DNA of 64,000 nt, taken from contig MNCI01003401.1 in the NCBI GenBank assembly GCA_015680685.1, positions 165,843 through 229,842 on the forward strand, read 5' to 3'. The position numbers were made by a program, and so were the translations under genes. Within the stretch, counting starts at the first letter, position 1; every line of letters begins with the position of its first letter. This document shows, one piece after another, positions 1 to 13,034 of the stretch. The DNA is from Gnetum montanum (taxonomy: Eukaryota > Plantae > Gnetophyta). The notes beneath the pieces were generated by a model. The model was not told the origin of the DNA and did no database searches. It was given only the letters and a program-made list of their open reading frames with translations.

Positions 1-1195
1 TAGGGCCTTGACCAAAAGTAATAACATAACAATTGCACTTTAAATTAGTTGCAAGGTTAGATATAGAGTTGTAGAGGTAATGTTCCCTAGAATTACAACT
101 TCATGTGTAAACCTCTATTGAGATGCTTCTGAGTTCATATAGTATTTGAATTTACATGGTAACTTTTTTGTGCTTATCCTTATTACCAGTAACAAGTGCC
201 ATCGATTTTCTATATCAAAAGTTGTTATTCTATGCATTTCACACCGTTTCAAATGTCAAATATTGGTGGTGGCAGTTTTCCCGCATAGTGTTTGGCATGG
301 CAAAGACAGTTGGCGGTTGATGGCAGTTAATAGAAACAGACGGTTTAGGATTAGGGTTTCTCCCATAGGGCCTCTATAAAGAGGAAAGGGCAGGGCCGCT
401 AGAGGAAAAAAAGGGGGAGAGCCTCTTCTCCAGGCATCAAAATTTTTCTCTCTCTTGCAGGTCAGACGAGCAGCAACGCGGGCTTCTTGTCAACCACAGA
501 TAACACACAATGTTGCCGGCCAGGTGGCTTGTCTGTCGTAGCAGCAGACAACCTGTGGTGGCCCCAAATAGTCTCTGGACGGTGCATCACAGTGACAGCC
601 GTAGTTGCAGCATGCGTGACCGCAGATGACAGCAGACAGTCCCTCTGACGGCATGTGACAATCTGACGAGCGCAGAAGCAGCCACTGCAGCAAACAGCAA
701 CTCAGGCAAGGCCTCTTTGGAGGTGCATGCCCAGACGATGATTGCGGACACCTTGAGGGGTGTTGGTAGAAGTCTTTTTTTCTGCCTATAAATAGAAACT
801 TGGCAAAGACAGGATGCATGCACATGCAACACATATACCATTGACATCGTTTTTTTCTTTTATTTATTTGCTTTCAAACAACAGGGATAGATTTTTCTCT
901 TTGCCATCTCCAAGTGCAAAAGCAGTTTTCAATATTATTATTTGCATTTTATTTCGAATTATTTATTGTACTCTTTTAAATTGCCCGAATTATTTAACTT
1001 TTCAATATTCTTATTAAATTTAAAGCTTTTAATATTTTGTTTAAAATATTATTATTATTGTTTTTGTTACATAGCCCTTTCCAGCTGAGACTATTTCTGG
1101 GTTTCCGTACCCATATGGGAGACGCCCTAGGCGATAGTCTCCTAAAACGAGTTTTCACAAGCGTTGGCGATGTGTCCAAAATTTAAGCATCAACA
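1..1195 (+). mobile_element. Tat-family LTR (B-type core), 5' ~30 bp outside window; possibly a solo LTR
   Basis: Window start TAGGGCCTTGACCAA.AGTAATA matches 60087 onward in the solo LTR at 60056. Core and 3' end (GAGACTATT..GTACCCATA.GGGAG..AAAATTTAAGCATCAACA) match 46170-46866 and 60720-61189. Ends in the TCAACA terminus at 1195. TSD cannot be checked because the left end is outside the window. Confidence 0.85.
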
Positions 1196-1567
1196 GAAAC
1201 GTGCACTTGCCTTTTGAAGGTAGTGTTCTGCTATTGCAGCATGAATAGCAGCCCCAATTGGAAGAGCATTTTCATCCACTCTAAAGAATGGAGAATGTGG
1301 TTCATGGACTGATCGAGCTGTTTCATTTCTGATACCTAAAAAGTACATTGCACTTGGTACAACCTCTGCATAAAAAGAAAAATCCTCTAAACCCATCATT
1401 GATGGCATTATTTCAAACTTGTCACTGCCTAGTATATCAGAGACAACTTCACGAAGATGGTCATACAAATGCCTGTCATTCACTAATGGAGGATGAAGTG
1501 GATGTTCCTTGTCAAGAAAATCCACAGCAGCACTACACCTGTGCACAATTTCTTGGCCTACAATAAC
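1190..1567 (-). CDS. ILL: ILR1-like/IAR3 IAA-amino-acid amidohydrolase (peptidase M20), last exon
   Basis: VIVGQ..VHRCSAAVDF..PPLVND..MGLEDFSFYAEVVPSAMYFLGIRNE..HSPFFRVDENALPIGAAIHAAIAEHYL is the ILL C-terminus. AG acceptor at 1568-1569 (minus). The last codon and stop come from the adjacent LTR end. Confidence 0.9.
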   Translation of the reverse strand, partial: VIVGQEIVHRCSAAVDFLDKEHPLHPPLVNDRHLYDHLREVVSDILGSDKFEIMPSMMGLEDFSFYAEVVPSAMYFLGIRNETARSVHEPHSPFFRVDENALPIGAAIHAAIAEHYLQKASARFC

Positions 1568-1879
1568 CTGCAACAGTAACAAAGAAGTTAGAAAAACAAG
1601 CATTTCATTTTATACTGGCAGAGAGAGATACAGAGAGAACTCTAACTACTTTCTTAGTAATGGTAACTACCCTATCCAAAACAAGTAAATATAAGAACAC
1701 TATAGACCAACTATGCCAAACAAATCAAATTACTTTACTAGTGGAAAAGAACATTTACTATCATGAAATGTCAAGGCTTTTTTCAGATTTCCAGGTGAAA
1801 AATAACTACCACCTTAAAACAATGAAATGATACTTTGTTACGTAGGCCAACTATAAACCAAATAAACGCACAAGATTAC

Positions 1880-2008
1880 CTCCTCAATTCTCTTTTTGAG
1901 GTTGTGCATGCTGTCACTTGAAAATGCACGGAATGTGCCACCGATGGTAACTGAATCTGGGATAACATTGAATGCATCACCTCCACTAAAAGAAGCTACA
2001 GTCACTAC
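1880..2008 (-). CDS. ILL: ILR1-like amidohydrolase, penultimate exon (129 nt)
   Basis: cag|[43 protein letters not shown]|gtaatc, a phase-0 exon of the M20 dimerisation region that joins in frame to the last exon. Upstream exons (MHACGHD motif) were not found in the window. Confidence 0.9.
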
Positions 2009-3576
2009 CTGCAAAATTTGAACAGCAGGACATAAAATTTAACAAGCAAATTAAGTGCAAGGTTCATCAATATTTACCGGTGAAATGATTTAAAGATTAT
2101 TAATTTCATATGGTATAACAGATTACTATAAATAGCTTTTGAGAAAGAAGCAAACACACACAAGTTAGATAAATCTAAATAACATGGTTGCTGACAAACT
2201 TTCCACCGTACAAGAAATTGGTAATAATAAACATTAAATATGTTATTTTCAAAAGTTCAACAGTTATTAAAGATCAACAAAGTTACGAAATTATAAAAAA
2301 ACGCCAATTGTTAAATAGGATTAGAGGGATGGTTGCTATGGAGAAGAGCCGGGACTAAGAAGATATCCTAATTATTCTATAAATTACATGGTAAAGCATG
2401 ACAGATTCAGAAGGAAATTGAATAAAATTGATAATCAACAGATAAAGTTTGAATCCCATTTAGTCCCACATTGTTAGTTTTGCTGGAAACGTGAAAAACA
2501 TAAAGCACAAGTTGTAAAAAAATCAAGAAGTGGTTTTAAGTACAAGGAACATGGCAAATCATTTGTCACTACAGATTTTATTGTTGTCTTTTATGCCATG
2601 TGTCACTTGCATCAAACGACAGTATCATCAATACTACATTGACAAGAAATTAAAGGAAAAAAAAACTGATTATACAATACGTTTTGGAAAAACAGCAAAA
2701 ACACATCTGATCATTAAGTAAATCTTGATACTGAAACTTCATCCAAGACATATAGTCAAGTTATAACTTAGTACTATGATTGCCAAATAGTTTTCCCCTA
2801 TGTAAGAAACAAGTAATAATTTGCATAGAAAATGCCATGCTAGAAAATTCAATGTTTTCTAATACATTTATAAATGTCAGTTTAAAAATAAAAATAAAAA
2901 ACTAGATTTCTTGAACCATATTTTACAGTAATTTTATTCAAAACTTAGGGTTTTCAATGAAAATTCAAGAACAAGAAAATACCATTATCCCAAAGTTACG
3001 AGGCAAGCATATCATAAGCAATATCAAGAGGTGACTTGAAAATCAAGAGTTGAATTAATATTTTTTAAGGTGTGGTGCTTGTACCAAATTTTCTAAATGA
3101 AAAACCCATGATGTTTTGCCCTTTTTTGAGAAGAAAAGCTATGATGACAACTCCTGATGCAATTGCAATTCTCAGCGTTGGGATAGCATAATGGTAAGGA
3201 GATGGCTCCTCCAGAACAAGCAGAAACAGGAGGGGGATCCTAATGTGGTAACCCCAACACAAGGCATCCTTGGACAGTAGCAGAGGGCAGAAAAAGGAAC
3301 TCCGATCTTAATGGAAAATGATTCTAATAACTGCAAGTCTGGGATTCAATCCTGAGATGATTTATCCAAAAAGATGCTTGACAAGTGCAGAGTGATGTTT
3401 ATATGTGATATCAGGATAAACGATCTCTTGATGGAAGTAACGTCAAATTAGAAGCCCAAAGTCACAAAATTACTTAAGAAGAAAGCTTCACTAATGTTAG
3501 GATGCCAATGTAAGTACTAATATATAATGTTATAACAAGAACAAGTTATATTACATAATTTGCTTCAACTAATGAA

Positions 3577-3666
3577 TAACCATCCTTACTTGTTTGATCA
3601 ATAAATCTCTAACAATGTTATTAACCATCCCTACTTGTTTGATCAATAAATCTCTAACAATGTTAT
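3577..3666. repeat. 45-bp tandem duplication
   Basis: TAACCATCC(T/C)TACTTGTTTGATCAATAAATCTCTAACAATGTTAT x2. Confidence 0.9.
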
Positions 3667-4122
3667 TAATGATCTAGTGGTGCAATGCAACAGAATTACA
3701 ACACAATCGGATGATAAAGTTAGCACCAAAAGGGCCTGCTGCGTGTCAGCATATTTGGAAGACCTTTATTAAATTAAATGAGCTACAACATATCGACCAA
3801 ATCTTAGATCCCAATTACAATATGTAAAAGATCTCATTCTATTAATACTCCTTTGACCAACTGACTTTGTAGTTTTTAAAATACCAATTTTGCCTTTTTA
3901 AACTCAAATTGGCTATCTTTCATGTCAATTTTATTTTTTAAGTAAACCTACTTCATTTTAGACTAAAATCTATTTCATTAAACCTTTACATTATATCGGA
4001 TAAAATCATTTCTCCCTGATAGTTACCTTGTATTTTGACTTTTAAACATGACAAGCGGGTGCCCATGGCTCAACACACAGCTCAAGCTATGGCATGGCTC
4101 AACACACGCGGTAACTAGGGCA

Positions 4123-4523
4123 AAGCATGGCAAATTCTCTGCCCTGTTGCATTGTTGTCCTCTTGTAGTATCAAACTTGGATAAAGGTAAGAAAATATTG
4201 TACTTGTAATTTTTATTAGACTTTTGTTATAAAAGTTACATTTCTCTGTTTTATTTCTTACTTTGTCACTATAAACTTTGAAATCCTTGATTCCTGTGTT
4301 TTTCTCTTTTTCTCTGGCTTACAGTGAAGCAGGGCAAATTCTCCCCACCTTTGCATTGTTGTCTTCTTGCAGTATCAAGCCTGGATAAAGGTAAGAAAAT
4401 ACTTTCCTTTACTTTCTATCGAACTCTTATTCTGAAAGTTAATTTTCTCTGTTTGTCTTCTTCCTTCGTCGCTATGAAGTATGAAATCCTTGATTTTTGT
4501 GTTATTTTCTCTGGCTTTTTAGG
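4123..4523 (+). repeat. ~204-bp diverged tandem duplication, each unit containing an AG/GTAAG-flanked 18-nt segment
   Basis: Units start at 4123 and 4327 (AAGCA.GGCAAATTCTC..TTGCATTGTTGTC..TTG.AG|TATCAA.C.TGGATAAAG|GTAAGAAAATA..TTTTCTCTGGCTT). Confidence 0.85.
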
Positions 4524-4629
4524 TCCTTTCCTGAAATAGAAAGACACTTCCCAACGAAAAAACGCAAGGCAAAAAGTCTGTTAAATTGTTCTTAGACCTC
4601 CTTGTTGTTGAATTGGTTTGTTTTAACAG

Positions 4630-7600
4630 AACTTATTAGCAAAACCAGAATTCTGAGGAACCGCAGCAGAAGGAAAGATGAACTGAAGGTGATACTTTTC
4701 TTAAGGGAAAGGATGTTTCAAAGACAACAATCACATTTGTCACAGTTCCTTGCCCAACGGCATTGAAAAAATCTGATAAAGTAGCAGCATTGAGAAATCA
4801 GGTATCCAATATGCAGAAGCAGTCAACAACAGGCCACTCTACACTGTCAAATACAGCTTGGTATCAACGGGTAGCTACTTCATCCTCTGGAGAAGTTTTA
4901 CCCCAACAACGATCATCGAGTCAAGGGAATATGCTTGGCCAGAAGATTCCTAAATGCAGTTCCTCATCAAGTAAGCCCATTCCTAATGATTTGGAGAGTT
5001 TGTGAAAAAAGATTGCTACCAAAGAAAATGAATTGAAACTGAAAAGCACCTACAGTCAATGAAGGTTCAGGATTCAAAGTCAGCCATAGGTGGACAGGTG
5101 CGGTATCCTGTTAATCCATCTTTGGTTGCCAATTCTAACTTCCGAATGAATTGAAAAATTCATGTTTGAAGAAATTTTCATTTAGCTTTACACATTCAAA
5201 GAAAACTGAAAAATCTGATAAAGAAACTGGAAAAGGAAATTTTAGGTTTCAAAAGGCTAAAGTGCTATATGAAATATGATAGAGGGTTTTTTTTGAAAAA
5301 GCAAAAGTAGAGGATGTCAACATCGGAGTTGACCAATCAGTTCCTGGTGATGTTGAGAAACCACATAAGCATCCAAATGAAAGGTTGGTTGATCGTTTTC
5401 AATGCAAAACTGGTATTCCAGATGTTCACAGATCATCATCAAGTGTAAGTTTTAATTGTGGGATTCTACGAACAGAAAGTAAATGTATTTATCTATTTTT
5501 ATGTTAAGGTATTTTAAAAAAGACCTTATACATTTATAATTTGATGTTTATGCCGTTGTTATTTTATTATCTAAATCTCTATGTCCATACCAGATAAAAT
5601 TTTTACATTTTGATTTCCAATGAACTTTCAGATAGTTGGGAAAGATTTAACAAAAGTAAGGAGACATGAAACTTTGAGACATGATATGAATCCTGTGAAG
5701 GATCACAATTAATTTCTGGGCCATTCTGCAAATGTTCTTTCTAACTCACATTTTTCTCTTGATACCTCTCGGACTGGGGTCTTAGCTCCTGGTCAAATTG
5801 TTTCTCATCATGCTATTACTACTAATGAGAGGAATTTATCAAAGAATGAAGAGTTAGCTGTTATTAACAAAGAGCTTGAAGAAGCAGAAGAGCAAAGGAA
5901 AAAGTGTGAACATGAAGAGAAACTTCCGTGGAATGCCTTGGAAAAGGCACAGCGTGCATTCCAGGCAGCAAACCAAAGATGCATAGATCTATACCGAAAG
6001 AGAGAATGTTTTTCTGCTCTGGCCTATAGGACAGAAGGCTTTGATTTTGAAAATTCTCATAAGCTGGAACAAAGTATGACTGCCTCTCAGTCTCTCACTG
6101 TGTACAATGGTGCAAGTAACATTGCTGCAAAGACTAACGTGATCGGTAAGGATAGTGAGTTTTCAAATATCCACAATATTGCTTGTTCACAACATTGAAA
6201 CATGCCATATCAATGAGAATTATGATCATAATGATCATAATTCGGCAGCTTTTGAAGTCGTCAGAAATGTCATACCAGTTGAACAAGGAAGTGTCTATAC
6301 GAAAGCAAACAATCAAACCACTTTAGAGAGTGCTGCAAATATGATGCAATATGAATATTCACTTCAAAAGAAGGCAATTGAAGAACATACAAATTCTGAA
6401 AACAGTGCTGATGTTCCTGACAAGTGTGCTAGAGCAGTTTTAAGCACTGAACCAATCAAGGGAATTTAAAGACTGCCTCACGTATGTTTCAAGATGAAAC
6501 TTTGCTTCAGATGAAAACAATTGAAGGGCATCATCATTCTGAGTACAGTGTTGATATTACTGATAACCCTCCTGTTGCAAAAGCTTCATAGGAACCTTTG
6601 CATTCATTTTTTACGAAACAGCCATGCACAACCAGGGATCTAGAAATTCGCAGTGCACAGACAAGTGAAGAATCATCGCAAGGTTTAATTTGTTTCCAAT
6701 TACAAATACACTTTTTACTTACCTACTAGACAAATGCATCAGCTGTATAATAATATGCATTCATTCTGTTATAGATTACCATGGAAACTGAATTTGTATT
6801 TATTTGTTTATTTGCTGACATGATCTTGAGTGCTCAAGGCAGAATGGATTTGGTTAAACTCCTGGAATGCAGGAGAGAGACTGGACTTTGTCTAGACTCC
6901 CTCTTTATTTGATCCCTGCTACCCTCAAACAAACATTCAAACCCTTTAACCATGTCATGACTTGTATGGGTTCAGATTTTAGGCTTAAAGCTTCAGTCAG
7001 TTTTGGTTTTTCAGCATGTCATAGTACATTTAATTTAATGGATGCTTGCAATGCATGGATTTTGGTTTCCTACTACCAAGCCTTGAGATTTCTGCCTTAC
7101 AAAGATGACTATAATACAGTAGTGTTTTTCTACGATGTCAGATAGTATTATTCCTTCAACCATTATTTTGATTAACTGTTCAATATATTGATGTTTTGGA
7201 TCCTTAACTTGAATTGATTGTTTGTGTTTACCTCTTAGGGAAAAGGAAGCATTTGTCAGGACCTCCTTTTGAAGCTTTTGTAGGATCTGCTGCTGTGGAT
7301 GGGGAGGTAATGATTACCCATGCCTATGTGTATGAGTTGAAAAATGTTTTTTTACCCTTTTTTTTGGGAACATTTTTATGGTTATATCAATCCTTAAACA
7401 TCAAATCTGAAGCAGGCTTCTGAGGCAGCCTTTGGATGCTTGGCTAATGTGGCTGAGAACGTCATATCTCAGGAGAGTGGTGGGACTTGTCATAGCAATA
7501 ACTCAATTGTTGGTAGCATGGAGTTCACAGGGGTCAATAATAAAAGGCTCAAAACGGTCCTTGATCCATTGAAGCATGAGGATAGTGGGGAAGTGTTAAT

Positions 7601-10600
7601 GACGGAAAAGTCCATTTCTTGCAGCAGTGTAGATGGAGAATGCCATGAAGAAAAAGAAGCCACAGAATCAGGGATGGTTACTAACAAAGAAATTTCAAAA
7701 TTATGTAAGGGGCAGGAGCTTTTAAATGTTACAGCTGTAGTAGGTAGATCTTGAATAGGTTTATTATGCTTGTGTTTTCCAAATAATGTTCTCTGACATT
7801 GTGCTTGTAACAGCATTAATTTAGAGTTTTAATGCTGTTGTTAAAAGTTGTCCAATGGATTTATTTAAAGATGTTTTTGTGTTGACAAATCTCAGGTGAT
7901 ATAAGTTCGTTTCCTCTCAACATAGAACAACATAAAGACTTGCAACAGCACCAGAGTTCCCTGCAGATTGGAAATGGATCAGAGAAAGAGCTGGTTGACA
8001 AAGTTGGTAGCGAAAATGACTATAAGGGCAATGATGAATTAAGTACAACATTTAATGTTGGAAATGATATTTCTGTAGATGGTCATGAAGATCAGGCAGA
8101 TTCACATGGACAGCAGTTTCAAGGACAAATGACAAACATTCCAAACTTCATTCAAAACCATTATGAGAGTCCTTTAATTATGTTCAAGTCATACAGGCTT
8201 TATTCTGATCTTAATATCACTAATGACTCTCAAAATGCTTCTCCAGCTTGTGGTTATGTAATTAATCCGTTTTGGCCACTCTGCAAGTTTGAGCATCGTG
8301 GAAAGTGCAATGATGAATCTTGTTCATGACAACATTCTAGGGACTATAAAATTACTTCTTCGCAAATTCTAGAGAGATTGCAAAATAACAAAGTGTCCAA
8401 AATAATAATTCTAGAGTCTTCGCTTCGTTAAGGAGATAAAAGATGGATATTGCTGCATCAAAGGATACTTTAAAGAAACCTGGGTTAGAAAAAACTAGGC
8501 TTCATAAAAAAATAGCAAGCTATGGAGTGAAAGTCCCAATCTATCGAGTTGGTTCATATCTTATAAAAGCAGAGAACCATATGAAGGGGTCATTGGTTGC
8601 TTGCATTATGTCATGTCGCTGGAAATTAGGTTTTTTCCAGTCATTCTCCGTTCCCTTGGCAATTCAAAGGATCATACCTCCAGATATGCCTCTTCTGCAT
8701 GATTTCAGAGATCAGGAGTGGGTGCCTGGGAATGCTTGCTGGTTACCTTCATGCCTGTATACATTTTCAGCGGACAATGGAAAGCCACATGCTTCTAAGG
8801 TTTGTGGTTTTATATTAACTTACTAAATACTCATGCAATTTTAATCTTTATCATGGTTATTGCTTGATAGGTGCAAGTTGATGAGCATATTGTATTAAAC
8901 TCCTCTAGAGCCTGCTTTAGCTCTAAAATCTGTTTGCTTCCAGTTTCATTATTAGTACAAAAAACCTATACTGCCCATTATCATTCTTTAGTTTCTTGCG
9001 CTCAGTTAATTAGTCTTGGATTCTTGATTGGAAAAATATACTCTATCTGTTGAGCCAAATTTTTATTTGCTATTCAATTTTCTACTTTGTAGCAATGTTC
9101 AGATGGGATGCAGATGGAATTTAACGGGTACTTTTCAGTAATCTGTGATATACAAGCATAAAGAATTGATTTTTTATGGATGAATATATCCTATTTGTTG
9201 CGAGTATTTAGGGATGCATATATTGTAGTAACGAGGAAGGAGTAATTACTGCAGTACTAGTTATTCTGATTAATTGTTTTATATTATTGACTCTTTGCCC
9301 TTTAACGTTCTCTTTTAACTTTTTACTTCAGAAAAATCTTTTTCAAAGTCCCAATGATGTGGATTGCTGGCTAGAGTTGGCAATAAGCTTTATGAATGCA
9401 GATAGCAATGTTGATAAACCGAAGGCAGGAAAAAGGTGAGTACTTTAACTGAAGCATGGAAAGCTACTATTTTCTGTAAAATTAGGTCAATTCTACTGAA
9501 TTTTGAAGTGCGAACTTTACACTGAGGAGTTCTGACTTCTTTGGCAGGCATTATATGTATTGTCACGAGCGTTAGAGCACAATTCAAATTCTGTGGCTTT
9601 ATGGGTGATGTACCTACGTATTTTTTACAGGAAAGAGAGAATGATAGGGAAGGACGATATGTTTAAACATGCAGTAAGCTTCAGTCTTTGAAATTGTTTT
9701 CTCTTGTTACTTCATTTTGTTCTAAGTTTTAAAACTTTTTCAGGAGACAGTAACACAATATCTTAGACCTATAACTGCTTATGTTTCTAATTGAGTGTAG
9801 CATTATCCTGGAATTTCATTTTCATGGAACAGACCATGGGTTTGTGCAGCTCTGTACACTTTTATCAAATCATTCATCTGACACTGCATTGGTACTACCA
9901 GGTACAGCACAATCAAGGCTCATATGAGCTATGGCTTCTCTTCATTAACTGTCGTTTTAAACTGGATCAAAGACTTGAAGCTTACAATCAGGCATTAACT
10001 TCAGTATTTCAGAGTACATGTTCAAATGAAAAACATTCTATTAGTTCAAATGTTCTGGACTTGGTTTTGCAACTGCTTAATGTCCTGTGTAAATCAGATA
10101 GAAGAAATAGCACCTTAATTTGGCTTGATGCAATTCTTCAGATGGAAGGCGAAGAGAACCAAGATCAAGAGTTTATTAGTTTCAACAGAATATTCTCATA
10201 TTTAAAAGATTCAGATGCTTGCATCCTTTGGGTTATCTGTGTTTATTTTAGAGCCTATGGGAAGCTTCCAAAATCTGCCTTGGACAAGCTTGAGCATGAA
10301 CAGGATTTACCATTTGATATTGAATGGCCAGACTGCGAAGTATCTGAGCCTTCCAGAAGCAATGCCTTGAAATTGATGGAGCTGGCAGTTTTGCCAGTGT
10401 GGTGATCAGAATCTTGAAATGGATCCTTTGATCATGTATTCTCTGTTTGTGAATCATGTACTATGTACATCAACTTTTAGAGGCAAGGAAATTGCCAAGG
10501 ATATGGTCCGGAAATATAGGGAGACATACCCCACTTCTGCTGACCTTGTTAGAGTTTCTGTTGAAATTTGTGGAGATGAAGCTTCTTGAAGAATCAATAT

Positions 10601-10971
10601 TATGCTAGCCAGAAAATAAAGTTGGCATACAGCATCTCTGGTATTTGTTTTCATGCTATGCTCTACAAACTAGCAATCTCAATTTGGCAAAGGATATATC
10701 CAAGTGCTGGCTTTCCTTCATGGGTGAAGATGAAATGCTCAACATTAGCAACTACGAGCAGGATTTGGGAAAAATTATCTACAACAAGATTCAAGCACAA
10801 AATAAGGCTATTGCAGAAGACATCAATCGGGATGTTCTGTTTGCCATGTTTAATTGGGCTGTGTATACATTGCTGAATAAGAGCAGAGAGCATGATAAAG
10901 CTATCATGGATAGAGCCTTGAAGGTTGTTGCACATGACATGGATGTTAAACTCTGCGTCAAAGAATATGCA
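4630..10971 (+). pseudogene. ZFC3H1: ZFC3H1/Red1-like zinc-finger C3H1 + HAT-repeat protein (nuclear exosome adaptor), pseudogene, 5' portion
   Basis: Coiled coil KELEEAEEQRKKCE..ALEKAQRAFQAANQRCIDLYRKRE (~5870-6000). zf-C3H1 INPFWPLCKFEHRGKCNDESCS*QH (8260-8335). HAT-like SRALEHNSNSVALWVMYL and HNQGSYELWLLFINCR..RLEAYNQAL. These fit the plant Red1-like family (Arabidopsis At2g39580 type, recalled not searched). GT-AG introns present; in-frame stops at 5003, 6196, 6467 and 8327 plus frameshifts. Confidence 0.85.
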
Positions 10972-13011
10972 TGTTGAGGTCAACCTTGCCATGCTAAGGT
11001 TGAAAATCCTACTTATCTCCCCTTGTGGGACCATAAAAATGAACTTCACATACTTTTCCTAATGGAAAAGTTAAAAGAATAGCATGAAAAGACACTCAAC
11101 GCACATGTAGGCAATTATAGTTGCAAAGTAGTTAAAATGCACATATTTAATTCATAGAAATTCAACAAATGCTATGCTATACTGATTTTACATGGAAAAA
11201 GCAAAATATATGCAATCGAGGTCCCCAACCATAAGTAAAAAATATAAAATAATAAAATAAAATAAAATCATGAATCTCACCACAAATGTTGCATAAAAAG
11301 GTGCATACGTGCTGCACTTTTGGTCCAAAGTCTTTCCCGCACTCTACATCACAACCTCCGTCGGCACTTCACATGATGCCAGTCTTGTCATCGCAAAAAC
11401 ACAAATAACAACACTAATCATCCTTCTCATCGTAATCCAGCCAACGTAAAATTAATACTACGCCAGCTGCCGTACCTGTACATTGTTAACATTGACAAAA
11501 ATCAATACCTAATTGTTTGCAGTGGCCCCCATAGACGAAATGGGTGAGGCACTGTAACTGATGCGGCGTGATGGCAGTTAATGGTAACAACGGTTGATGG
11601 GTTTCTTCTTCTGCAGGGCGCTATAAACAGCCGGGAAGGTAGGGGGCAAAGAGGCGGGGGAAGGACGCGTACGGCAGGGAACAGCAGTCTCTGGAACCGG
11701 CAACACGGTCTGGTTGCTAACCTTTCTTTTGAAACGCACAGCAGTTGGCAGCGCATGTCCCTCAGCAGTGGCTCTCTTAGCCACATGCTACGCATCTCTT
11801 AGCCTCTTGTACAGCAATGCACCTGCAGACGGTGGCCTTCTCTCTAGACGCCGGGGCAACAACAGACGCCTGTAGCAAGTTAGCAGGACCATCACAAATA
11901 ACGTGAAGGCACCGACGGCTCCAACCACACCCACATCTCAGTGACATATAGCACGCAAGCAGAGGGTGGCTGAAATTTTTCTCTTCTCATCAACTCCTGT
12001 AACTTTTAAGCATCAACAAATTCCCATGGAACACGGCCACTGCTTTGCCTGTACACATTAGAATGCAGAGACACACACTGCTGATTGACAGAAAGCAATG
12101 TGAACCCAGTGCAGAGACAAATGCTACTGCTGTAATTGACTTGGAAAGAGGCAAAGCATTTCGTGCGTTTAATTTTGATCTTTCAAAAGGTTGAAGGCAC
12201 AAATTCAATTTTCGCTTGTTATGTTCTCTTTCTTATTTGTCTCCTATTACTGTTTTCAAAGCACTCGTTTTTTTTTAAAATAATTGCAGACACTTTAATT
12301 TACCGGTTATTTTTTTTTACTATGTCTTTTTAGTTCATCCATTATTGCTGTATACTAAATCTCATTTTCATTTGAAGATTTTTCATTTAAAGTTTACATT
12401 CTTTATGTGTGTTGTATCTAAGTATCTTTAAATATTGTCAAAGTTCATTCATTGCATAAATTTTTTTTTATACATGAAAGAGGCTTAATGGTTTAGAAAA
12501 TAGAAGGTTTCACTTTAAAAGAAGGTGTAATAGGCAATTACGGCAATTCGTAATTAGCAAATAAGTTTCACATGTAGTTGTAAATGGTAAATAGTATAAT
12601 GTAGTTTCATAGGTCAGAGGAGATCTAACCTTAAATAAAAAGCTCCATCTATATATCATATAAAGGTGAGATATGACTTGCATCAAAGGTTGTGTATCTT
12701 TACTACCCGTTTATTAACAAATTTTATTTTCATTAATGTTGTTATACATATGGTTAAGAATATTTTATTAGTGGACTTCTAAATAGTGCTAAACTCTAGT
12801 AAGTGCGCCAACAATATTTACTGAAATTTGGTTTTTGATAGTTATTATATAATTTCCTTGGTTTTCGAATAAGCATTTTAGTTGCACATTACTTTAAAAA
12901 TAGTTAACCTCATTATTATTATTATTAGTATTTATTACATAGCCCTTTCTGAGACTATTCTTGGGTTTCCGTACCCATACGGGAGGTGCCTCCAAAATTT
13001 ATGCATCAACA
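10972..13011 (+). repeat. Tat element 5' LTR (A-type, ~2.0 kb)
   Basis: Colinear with 42788-45174 apart from indels; TATA-like GCTATAAA at ~11620; ends ATGCATCAACA. Confidence 0.92.
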
Positions 13012-13017
13012 CATTTT

Positions 13018-13034
13018 TGGCCTTAGAAGGAGGG
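13018..13034 (+). promoter_or_regulatory. Primer binding site, tRNA-Asn type
   Basis: TGGCCTTAGAAGGAGGG matches 15/17 to TGGCGCTAGAAGGAGGG, the complement of the plant tRNA-Asn(GTT) 3' end; 6 nt after the LTR. Confidence 0.75.

Noticed and set aside
3065-3470. Coding-looking stretch as the missing ILL exon or another gene
   Set aside because: No M20 motifs seen, stops are present, and no family is recognisable.
7490-11049. Antisense ORFs over ZFC3H1 exons (7490-7816, 10663-11049)
   Set aside because: Shadow frames of the sense coding sequence; one crosses the LTR junction.
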